The translations under genes and the position numbers were made by a program. Positions 52,075 to 60,266 of a stretch of DNA of 64,000 bases are shown here, one piece after another. Position 1 is the first letter of the stretch, and every line of letters begins with the position of its first letter. The notes beneath the pieces are model-generated. The model was not told the DNA's origin, ran no database searches, and saw only the letters and a list, made by a program, of their open reading frames with translations. The stretch is taken from assembly GCA_963664325.2 (NCBI GenBank), contig CAXXDQ010000003.1, positions 640,001-704,000 on the forward strand, written 5' to 3'. Origin of the DNA: Desulfomonilia bacterium (lineage in GTDB: Bacteria > Desulfobacterota > Desulfomonilia > UBA1062).

Positions 52075-54327
52075 TCAAACCCAGAAAGGCTCATCGGGAG
52101 TACCTTTTGTTGCCCACTCTTCAGCTAGGCGATAAGAAGAAAACTTCCTAAAAACCTCGAACAAGGCGTTCATATACAGATTCTGATGAAAATGCCTAGT
52201 GCAGTAACCACAAGCTTCTCTATCCACTGGCAATGGCCGCCTTTGAAATGCCTTATGATCCTCGCCAAACCAGATATTCTCCAACTCATTACCAGCTTTT
52301 GGGTCAACAGCAGTTCCGGCTGAATGTCGAAGGGATCCCATTTTGTATCTCTCCCTCAACTTCGATTCGCAGAAATTGTCGTCGAATAAAAAGCAGCATG
52401 GATAAACATCTCCATTGGCAGTGATTTTACACGTTAACCTGAGAGCCATACACGTGTAATCAGCCCGCCTGAGATCATGTAGCCGTTTGTTTACGGGTTC
52501 GCCTTTAGCCAAGCCTGAATAGTCGAAAATATTGTTATTTATCATCGTCTCCAAATATTTGAAATCAAAGCGGCTATTCAGACCTTGCAACGATACTCCT
52601 TCTCTTATCACTTTTCTCAACTCCATCTCGTTACACAGAAAACTTCGCCCCTGTTGATCAGGGCCATGTGCTATTTTGAATCTGACACTGTATTCTTTGG
52701 CGGTGAGCCATTCTGCTATGGCGAGAAAGTTCTCCTTGCCATTCAACAATTCTTTCACATTGTCTTTTTGAATTGTGTAGCACACTTCAACATTCTTAAA
52801 CTTGGCTTTTTCAAAAGACATGATCGTTGCTTTCACATAGTCTAACGAACCATTTTTCCTTATATCCCTGTAGATATCATCCGTGAAGGCATCAAGTGAT
52901 AATTGGACCCAGCTGCACGAGTTGGCAATTCCTTCTGCTTCCGCGATATTGATGCCACGGACTTCGCCATTTTTTTCCGGGTCCTGACGTATGCCATTAG
53001 TCAGCAGACCTATTTTTAAATCACATTGTTTTTTAGCGTAACGAAGAATATGCAAGATATCTGGCCTGGCAAGCGGCTCACCTCCGGATATTATCAATGC
53101 TCTTGTTTGCAGTTTCTTAATGCTATCCAGAATCCTTTCTATTTCCACCGTCTCTAACTCTTCGTCTGGATTATAGAGTGCATGGTGATTGCACATCTTA
53201 CAAGTGGTTGTACATCTATTGGTGACCAAGAATTGAATACAAGCGGGTCTGACTTTTGTTGATTTCCATGGTGGTAAGCCAAATTCAGATACGAATATGT
53301 TGGCCGCATAGGCATTTAGCGCTTCTGCTGTGTTGTTTCTCGTTATTGAGTGGAGGGGATAGTTCTCCAATTTGATTGTAGCGATATCATTCTCTGCCTC
53401 CTGCTTTTTCTTGTCATATTCCTTTATCGGATCGGCCATAAATTTGATCCTTGTGATATCGTCTCGAAATGGTTTAAAGTGATGGTCAAAACTCCTAGGA
53501 GCCAAGCGGCGTCTCTGAAAAACCAACATGGGTTTTGATAGGCCGCTCTTCGGATCTTCAAAAACGGTTCGAAGGTCCAAATGGAATCTCTCATCACGAT
53601 GATCCAACTTAAGATGGAGCATTCCGTTTCTGATCTGTCCCGGATAAACACTTAATTCTAGTTTTTCCAGGTCATTTGGTTGGTGGCTTTTCTTTTTACC
53701 TTCTTGCAACATAGTATTCGATTGGTTAATCTCCTCCAAGAATGTACGACGTATCTCCTTAAAATTACCAATCGCTTCTTCAATCTGGATGCTGAGCTTC
53801 TTGACCGCCTTAATGGCTTCTTCGTTTTCACTCTCGCCACCTTTCAACGGATTCAGGTCCAATACCGGCTCATATGGGTTTTGAATTACAAAATGAAGGC
53901 AACTCCCATGACGCAGTGCCGCTAGGATTTTATTGGACAGATCTCGCCGGCCAATTTCATACGATTCCATGTCGTGGTTGAAATAGAATTCATTCCCACA
54001 GAGCCAAGAAAAACAAGAACGACCTACAATCGTCAATTCGCCTTTACGTGTGGTAATCTCATCCAGTGTTTGCATTGGCCCGTAGCGAATCGGTACGCTG
54101 CTACGGTTTGGGTAGTACTTGACGGTCGGAGTTATGAAGTCTTCAGCATTGGCAACCAATATAACAACCAGCGATACTATAACAGTTAGAATTAAACTTG
54201 TGCCAATTAGTAACCAACCTCTTAACGGTGTAGTTATGCCAATTATAGTTATGATAAGAGTAAATAAGGTTAAAACACTTGGTGGAATTAACCACATTGA
54301 CTTTATGTATTTCTTCATATTTTGCAT
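52075..54327 (-). CDS. 2TM + alpha/beta (PLD/DUF5919-like) domain + radical SAM + SPASM-type fusion
   Basis: Two N-terminal TM helices; CTTTCKMC, SGGEPL, LLTNG and QLSLD; C..L...ITANGDVYPCC...CGYC. GAAGGAG RBS. Confidence 0.8.
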   Translation of the reverse strand: MQNMKKYIKSMWLIPPSVLTLFTLIITIIGITTPLRGWLLIGTSLILTVIVSLVVILVANAEDFITPTVKYYPNRSSVPIRYGPMQTLDEITTRKGELTIVGRSCFSWLCGNEFYFNHDMESYEIGRRDLSNKILAALRHGSCLHFVIQNPYEPVLDLNPLKGGESENEEAIKAVKKLSIQIEEAIGNFKEIRRTFLEEINQSNTMLQEGKKKSHQPNDLEKLELSVYPGQIRNGMLHLKLDHRDERFHLDLRTVFEDPKSGLSKPMLVFQRRRLAPRSFDHHFKPFRDDITRIKFMADPIKEYDKKKQEAENDIATIKLENYPLHSITRNNTAEALNAYAANIFVSEFGLPPWKSTKVRPACIQFLVTNRCTTTCKMCNHHALYNPDEELETVEIERILDSIKKLQTRALIISGGEPLARPDILHILRYAKKQCDLKIGLLTNGIRQDPEKNGEVRGINIAEAEGIANSCSWVQLSLDAFTDDIYRDIRKNGSLDYVKATIMSFEKAKFKNVEVCYTIQKDNVKELLNGKENFLAIAEWLTAKEYSVRFKIAHGPDQQGRSFLCNEMELRKVIREGVSLQGLNSRFDFKYLETMINNNIFDYSGLAKGEPVNKRLHDLRRADYTCMALRLTCKITANGDVYPCCFLFDDNFCESKLRERYKMGSLRHSAGTAVDPKAGNELENIWFGEDHKAFQRRPLPVDREACGYCTRHFHQNLYMNALFEVFRKFSSYRLAEEWATKGTPDEPFWV

Positions 54328-54371
54328 GTGATCTCTCCTTCACATGGGATAGCTCTCTTTTTGCACTTTCC

Positions 54372-54425
54372 GTCCATCAGGCATCACCGGCGGCTGAAAG
54401 CCTCCGGTGCATCCTTTTGTTATAC
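54372..54425 (-). other. attC site (degenerate R')
   Basis: Minus strand GTATAAC-aaaaggatgcaccgg..gctttcagc..ccggtgatgcct-GATGGAC. The upstream gene's TAA stop lies inside R''. Confidence 0.75.
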
Positions 54426-55103
54426 ATCTTTTACTGGTGGTTTTCCAATTCTCGATAGCTTCAAGTTCAAAGATTTCTTACGTTCATCAAGCCTTTTAGG
54501 CTGGACAAAAACAAAATCAAACAAAGAATCTAAGACTTCAAGAAGCCACTCTGCTTCACCGTTTTCAACATCTACAATTTCACCAGTGGAGACATCTTTT
54601 TCCGGATGAGCTGCAAAATTACCGATGGTTCTAATTGCGTCAATCGCTTCAGCTAAGTAAGATGGAGTTGTTTTGTTTTTCAAGAAGTCATCAATTTCTT
54701 TAGCGAGACTTGATTTCTTTATTTTTATTTCCTCCCTCAAAATACATTGCAAGAGTCTCCGACTTATAGCAGCACTTGCTTTTGGGCTTAGATTTAGTAC
54801 AGCAACAGCCTCTAAAAAATCATTCTTATAAATTTCTGGTACTTCTGGTTGGACAGGACGAATAGCCATTTTGGGGTAAAGAATTTCCTCGGAAGACACT
54901 GATGTTAGACTTTCACCGTATTTATCTTTTTTATATTCTCCTTCTTCTAAGATTACAATAAGCTCCTCGCATAATGGACAAAAACCATGGGTTACAGCAA
55001 AGCCACTACCTTTCGGTTCTTCCTCTTTATTTAAAGAATGGTACACAGCGCTATCAGGACTTTCAAAATGGATCCCCTTACCACAATGCGGACAAATATT
55101 CAT
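54420..55103 (-). CDS. DUF4145 (HEPN-like) protein with N-terminal Zn ribbon; gene cassette
   Basis: CPHC...CPLC; EA..L.LSPKASAAISRRLLQ; IRTIGNFAAH. Confidence 0.8.
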   Translation of the reverse strand: MNICPHCGKGIHFESPDSAVYHSLNKEEEPKGSGFAVTHGFCPLCEELIVILEEGEYKKDKYGESLTSVSSEEILYPKMAIRPVQPEVPEIYKNDFLEAVAVLNLSPKASAAISRRLLQCILREEIKIKKSSLAKEIDDFLKNKTTPSYLAEAIDAIRTIGNFAAHPEKDVSTGEIVDVENGEAEWLLEVLDSLFDFVFVQPKRLDERKKSLNLKLSRIGKPPVKDV

Positions 55104-55115
55104 TATTCATCTCCT

Positions 55116-55179
55116 GCATAACGCTGCGGCTCTGCAGCCGCGGCGCGCTTTCGCGGTCTGCAGCAGCCGCTTGTTAGCT
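55116..55179 (-). other. attC site
   Basis: Minus strand AGCTAAC-aagcggctgctgcagaccgcg...cgcggctgcagagccgcagc-GTTATGC, 64 bp, followed by AGGAG and the next ATG. Confidence 0.92.
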
Positions 55180-55196
55180 GATACTCGATAAAAACC

Positions 55197-55796
55197 CTAT
55201 TTCCAGGGTTCCATGGCTCTTTCTTCAAAAGTTTTTAAAAGCCTCGGCCCGACATTAATGGCCCATTTGGCTGAACGTTTATCTACTTGTGCCCCATGAG
55301 CTGCTTGGTTCAATAGGCCAATCATATCTGTAAGAATTGAATATTCTTCTTTACTTATAAGCTGCTTATTCAATACCTCAAGCAAAATGCCTCCAATTCC
55401 TCTGGCTCGAATCTCATGACCGCGAGAAATTGCTAAGGTGTTAAGTTTCTTCTCAAGCTCTATTCTCAATCCAGCAAGTGCAAGATTAGGATCTTGATCT
55501 GCAACTAACATAAATGAATATTCAGGGTCTTTCCCTTCCTTTTCGTTTACTGGTGAGAGTAAGCCTATCGCATCGGCTTTATCAGAGGTTTTTTGAAGAT
55601 CTTGAAATTCAACCTTCCAACCACCTGGAAATTCTAAGGTTTTAAAGAGCGGCGCAAGCCAAGGGATTATTGCTGCTACAAGCAGTACAATTGTTACATA
55701 ATCGATCCCAAGCTTGGGCCAAACAAGATGGATAAGCGCAAGCAAGAGAGCTGAAATTGTTACAATCTGTTTGAGTTTCTTATTATTCATTCTCAT
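55197..55796 (-). CDS. 2TM membrane protein with HEPN-like C-terminal domain; gene cassette
   Basis: Two TM helices; LALAGLRIELEKKL and LLNQAAHG; bounded by attC sites. Confidence 0.65.
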   Translation of the reverse strand: MRMNNKKLKQIVTISALLLALIHLVWPKLGIDYVTIVLLVAAIIPWLAPLFKTLEFPGGWKVEFQDLQKTSDKADAIGLLSPVNEKEGKDPEYSFMLVADQDPNLALAGLRIELEKKLNTLAISRGHEIRARGIGGILLEVLNKQLISKEEYSILTDMIGLLNQAAHGAQVDKRSAKWAINVGPRLLKTFEERAMEPWK

Positions 55797-55806
55797 TTAC
55801 CTGGAC

Positions 55807-55930
55807 AGCTAACGCTTGGCATCAGCGGCGGTTTACGTTTGCTACGTAGTAGCAACGTGGCATTTTGTTTGCTCTTTTTCTGCAAACAAAATGCCACGAG
55901 TAAGCCGTCCGTTGCATGCCGTTGTTAGCC
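55807..55930 (-). other. attC site (long, 124 bp)
   Basis: Minus strand GGCTAAC-aacggcatgcaacggacggc...ccgccgctgatgccaagc-GTTAGCT, with an internal CGTGGCATTTTGTTTGC/GCAAACAAAATGCCACG stem. Confidence 0.92.
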
Positions 55931-55933
55931 TCT

Positions 55934-57843
55934 CTAGTATTTGCGGAGATATTTCATATCACGTATAGCATCTTTTAAGAACTCTGCGAAATCATCTCTC
56001 TGAATCAGAGCGCGTCGCACCTTCGAGCCGGTTATAGGCACAATTAAAGGGCTCGACGCATTTCCTGCTTGATTGCGGAGTGTGCGTATTGCATCTTCCG
56101 TGAAACCGCTTCCAGACACGAAGAACGCCAATTGAATGCCGCGGACTTGTGCAACCTTGTGGGCAAAGCTCCCAACTTCCTCCAGCGGAACGTCGGTGTT
56201 CCAGTTCTTACATTCCACCAATACTTCACCTCCGTAATCAGCCCAAAACGGTTCACTTTTCTTCATCTCTAGTACAAGGTCTATTTCGCCGTTTTCCGTA
56301 TTGTAATCACGCCTGACAATTGAGAAACACTGACCGAAGAACCTAGAAGAAAACTCCTCAAACAGCCTGCCTTTGTCATGTGATGCCAGCCCCGCATCGC
56401 CAGTGCGTTCAAGGAGGGCGAGAAGGTCGTCGTAGACGTCGACGGGCTCACGATCACTTAGGCTTCTATTCGCGGAGTCGATCAGTTGTGAGACGAAACC
56501 TTCGCCAACTTCGTGGATGAAGCTAGAGATCACATATTGAGTAAGGCGCCTATTTCGTGTTCTTCCGTGCGAGGACACATTTTGCCGCTAGCAGTATTTG
56601 GCGCTTCTCCACAGCAGCCTCAATGATAGGCCCGACGTCTGGAAGGAGACCGCATGCCATGACTACGAACATTATGGAGATCGAAGCGATCGACCATGCC
56701 GACGACTCTAGCCGGTTCGCTGCTGACAGCACGGGCGGAGTAGTACTCAAGGAACGTAAGGTGTATGAAGCAAACCTGGTTTGGGGAAATCTCAAGGAGA
56801 ATCCCTGTGGTAAGCAACTCGTCAAGGAATTGCTCGTCAGCATCTCTACGTTCCCCGTGAGCCTCAAGGAAATCGCCGAGCATGCCTCTAATTTCCGCCC
56901 GCGAGGCAGAGTTCTGAGCCCGCACAATCAGAAGTTCATAGCCTATCTGTTCCAGTGCGCTTTGCTTCGCGCGTAAGGAAATGCTTACTCTGGATACGCC
57001 CTTTGCTCGTTCCCATGTGGAGAGGAGAAAGTCTGTACAATCGGCATAAAGGGAGGTCAGATTATCCGGCAACATCCCTCTTGATCGAAACACCTGCCAT
57101 AGGAGGTGTAAGAGCAGCGGGTTAGAGGCGAGGGCATATAGGGTAAGGTGAGATTGGATTGCCTGGAGAAACCTATCGGCATATTCCGGCTGTTCCGCGG
57201 ACAGTCTACGTGACAACGCTCGGATGGATCCGATATCAAAGGGTTCAAGGTGGAAATAGACGAAGCCACGAATTGGCGAGGAAAGCCCGGAAGGACGCGA
57301 GGAAGCAAGCACTTTCAAGTCTGGATGGGCATGTCCAAGAGAACCCAACTCATTCACGAAGTGGTAGCGACGGGCTGAGTCAACTTCGTCGATCCCATCA
57401 ATAACTATGACAAAGCGATTGTCGCGGAGAAGAGAGCGCACCTGATCTGCTTGGTCGTCCTTTCCGATGCGCTGACAGACAATCTGGCCAAGCCGGTCCA
57501 CTAAAGTGTCCCCGCTCGCAAGTGAAGCAACATCAGGGGCACGAAAGAAGAGAGGACACGGTGCGAACTTCGTATCTTTCAAAAAGGCTTGTGCGAGAGT
57601 CACCGCGTAGAATTTTAGGAGGGTGGTCTTCCCAGCTCCCGGAGGACCCAGGATTGTCAGTCTCATGTGTTTGTCAATCGTCTGCCGTGAACCAAATAGC
57701 TCGCCGGTGGCATCTGCAACCTGTGGCTCGACAAAGAGCTTGTCGATATCTTGGCGAGTCGGACCTGCAACCGGCACTAGGTAGTCCAGGTACCCCAAGT
57801 CATGCAAAGCGAATTCGGCGATTCTTTTGAGTAATGACTTCAT
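55934..57843 (-). CDS. NACHT NTPase fused to a C-terminal Mrr-like PD-(D/E)xK restriction endonuclease (two +1 frameshifts); gene cassette
   Basis: GPPGAGKTT, VIDGIDEV, SSRP, NPLLL and FIHLTFLEYY; KGRLFEE..GEIDL..VECKNW..SGFT. The frames join on removing single bases near 56668 and 56573. Confidence 0.8.
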
Positions 57844-57856
57844 GTAATTCCCGAAA

Positions 57857-57875
57857 GGCTAACAATTAATATACG
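57857..57875 (-). other. attI-like first junction of the cassette array
   Basis: Minus strand CGTATAT-TAATT-GTTAGCC. The R box is the exact complement of the GGCTAAC opening this cassette's attC; no attC hairpin lies upstream. Confidence 0.6.
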
Positions 57876-58198
57876 TAATATATGTTTATGCTGTTTTCAA
57901 ACAGCCCCCTTGGGTTAATGGTTAAATATTTACAATAACGTTCTAATTAAATCAAATATTTATAATTTAATGATTATGTATTTAGTACGTATTACCATTA
58001 AAAGCGTAATACGTATTATCAGTGGTATTTGGTTTATTCTTAGATTGGGCCTGCATAGTAAGCCCAACAAATCAATGTTGGATTTCACGTCTAATAACAT
58101 TCAACTCAAACTGCATATATGCCCGCAAGACCATTACTGTCCAGCGATTATGCAAAAATATACAGTGCTACAATACATCAATGCTCCTGCCAGACTAT

Positions 58199-58303
58199 AG
58201 ATATCTGCGATAAATGAGTGCTCTTCTGAACTCGAAAAAGTTATAATATCCAAATGATATAGAATGAATCTCCCGCACTCTTCTTGGGATGAAGATCCTC
58301 AAG
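58199..58303. repeat. decayed island repeat family, copy 2
   Basis: AGATATCTGCGATA...TCCTCAAG, colinear with 50410-50514. Confidence 0.7.
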
Positions 58304-58494
58304 AGATCTATCATTTTTGAGATAGGAAAAACTATAATTTGCATGCCAGGATCGCAACTTTAATATCTGCATTTGATAGTATAGGTTTCTTCAGAAGATT
58401 AAAACAACAGCCATCAGGGGCATAGGTGGCAGCCCTCGTCAGTCTGCGTGCTATTGCTTGGTACCATTGTTCCCAATAATCATAACCCTCTTTA

Positions 58495-59724
58495 TTAGAA
58501 ACGAAGGGGAACAGATGAATCTTCTACTTCCACGAAGTCGTATGCATATTTCAAAAGCAACGAAACAACGGCAATTCTACCAAAATCTTTATTTGCAGTA
58601 GGTCCTTGGACAATCTTTTTTATTGGTAGAAGAGTACATTTGTTAACTACAGGAAATCTGAGTTCAGTATATGGGACAATTGAAGCATCCGAAGTACGAA
58701 ATTTCAATGCTTCTAAGTCATTACTTAAACCACTTGTTAACACACATCTCCATTCTTTCTCTTCATAAAAGCTTGGATGTTTGAAAGTGTATAGAAACTC
58801 TTCGATAATTATACCTGCAACATGACCAATGTATGCAATAATATTATTCTCCTCTTCTGCTGGACGGCCTATTGCATTCTTCTCAATACATTCATTTATC
58901 TGAGAGATAATATCATCGATAATTTTAAGTTGTATTTCAGGGTCATATATCACTCTCCTCAGGAAGAACCCAGGGTCCGTTATGGAAAGTTCATTTATTA
59001 TAGTTGAATCAAACCCTATGCAAAAACCAACCGAGCCTCCTGTATAGCCACGCCATTGGCTTAGTAAATCACCATTTTCACAAAAGCATAATAAAAATCT
59101 ATAATTACTTGGCCGGGTCTTGAAGACTTCTTTGCATCGTTCCCAAAACACTCTATGTTTAGCAGATTTTTCCCTACTCGAAATTTCTTTCTCTATTCGA
59201 TTAAAGATCAGTTCACGTGCATACTCAAGTTCTGAAGAATCATTTAAAAAGCGGAAGTCAGTTGCCCAAAGGTTCCCCTCTTTAAGAATCCCGATTAGAC
59301 CAGGAATTTTCGTATAGTGAAATAACAATGGCGGTCGCTGTCGCTGGTATTGTGACCAGTACTTATACAAGTTCGTGTTAAGCTCGGTTAAAAAAGATGT
59401 ATATGGTCCAATATCAACAAAGGAATGCTTACGACCGAAAAATACATCCGGATTTGCTGGTGATTTTAGTAAACGAGTATACAACTCAGGATACTTTGCT
59501 GGCTTAGTAAGATTATTCAACCAACCACAATTATTACAAATTCCGGCAGCGTTCGATAAATTAGGAAGATATTGCCCTTCAATAAGACTACTGTGACAAT
59601 ATCCACAAACGAAGCTGCCTGTCCCTTCTGTTTTTATCAAAACAGTCTTGTCAGAATTTAACTTTAATTTACCCATGTACTCACCACAACTGTCCGACAC
59701 TAGTGTTAACGGAATATTTTTCAT
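58495..59724 (-). CDS. DUF2971-like protein with N-terminal Zn ribbon
   Basis: CGYC..CNNC; LFHYT...ILK..LWATD..FLNDSSE, CF.E.GDLLSQWRGY, GFCIGFD and KHPSFYEEKEWR. Confidence 0.8.
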   Translation of the reverse strand: MKNIPLTLVSDSCGEYMGKLKLNSDKTVLIKTEGTGSFVCGYCHSSLIEGQYLPNLSNAAGICNNCGWLNNLTKPAKYPELYTRLLKSPANPDVFFGRKHSFVDIGPYTSFLTELNTNLYKYWSQYQRQRPPLLFHYTKIPGLIGILKEGNLWATDFRFLNDSSELEYARELIFNRIEKEISSREKSAKHRVFWERCKEVFKTRPSNYRFLLCFCENGDLLSQWRGYTGGSVGFCIGFDSTIINELSITDPGFFLRRVIYDPEIQLKIIDDIISQINECIEKNAIGRPAEEENNIIAYIGHVAGIIIEEFLYTFKHPSFYEEKEWRCVLTSGLSNDLEALKFRTSDASIVPYTELRFPVVNKCTLLPIKKIVQGPTANKDFGRIAVVSLLLKYAYDFVEVEDSSVPLRF

Positions 59725-60266
59725 TTGTACTCCCTTATACTTAACTAATAATTATATTACATATAATGCCTTATAGATTACCTTCCGGGGGAAAGGTCAC
59801 ATTCAAGAAACTTATTACTCCGACGATTATCTTATATCGCAGATTGTTAATTCTATTTCATTGTCTAATTTGTAATCCAAACAACTTGACTTTCAGTATG
59901 GTGAAATTATTATATCTATGTATAATTATTCAGCACACATTTTCACAGTGCTATTTGAAATGCCGAAGTAGTATCTATTGATTGATTTTCATGTAGTTCT
60001 CCATACACCAAAACACATCTTGAGTCAGAGAATTAAGACCAAAATTAAGGAATAGAAATCAGCATTCGAGTAGTTCTCCGTACCGTTGAGGAAGACTACT
60101 AAGAATCAACAAAAGAGGAAACAATTATGGCCAGAATTCATAAAAACATAGATAATAAGGCCTTTTTCAATAAGGTTTATGATTATCTAAAAAATATTTG
60201 CTCAAGTAATTTAACAGTCAAAGAACAAATCAATAAGTTCAAAGTAAGTTATTGATAGGAGGTTAT

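Noticed and set aside
58195-58344. 49-aa minus-strand ORF in repeat copy 2
   Set aside because: The same frame has stops or a shift in copies 1 and 3, and other frames look equally conserved.
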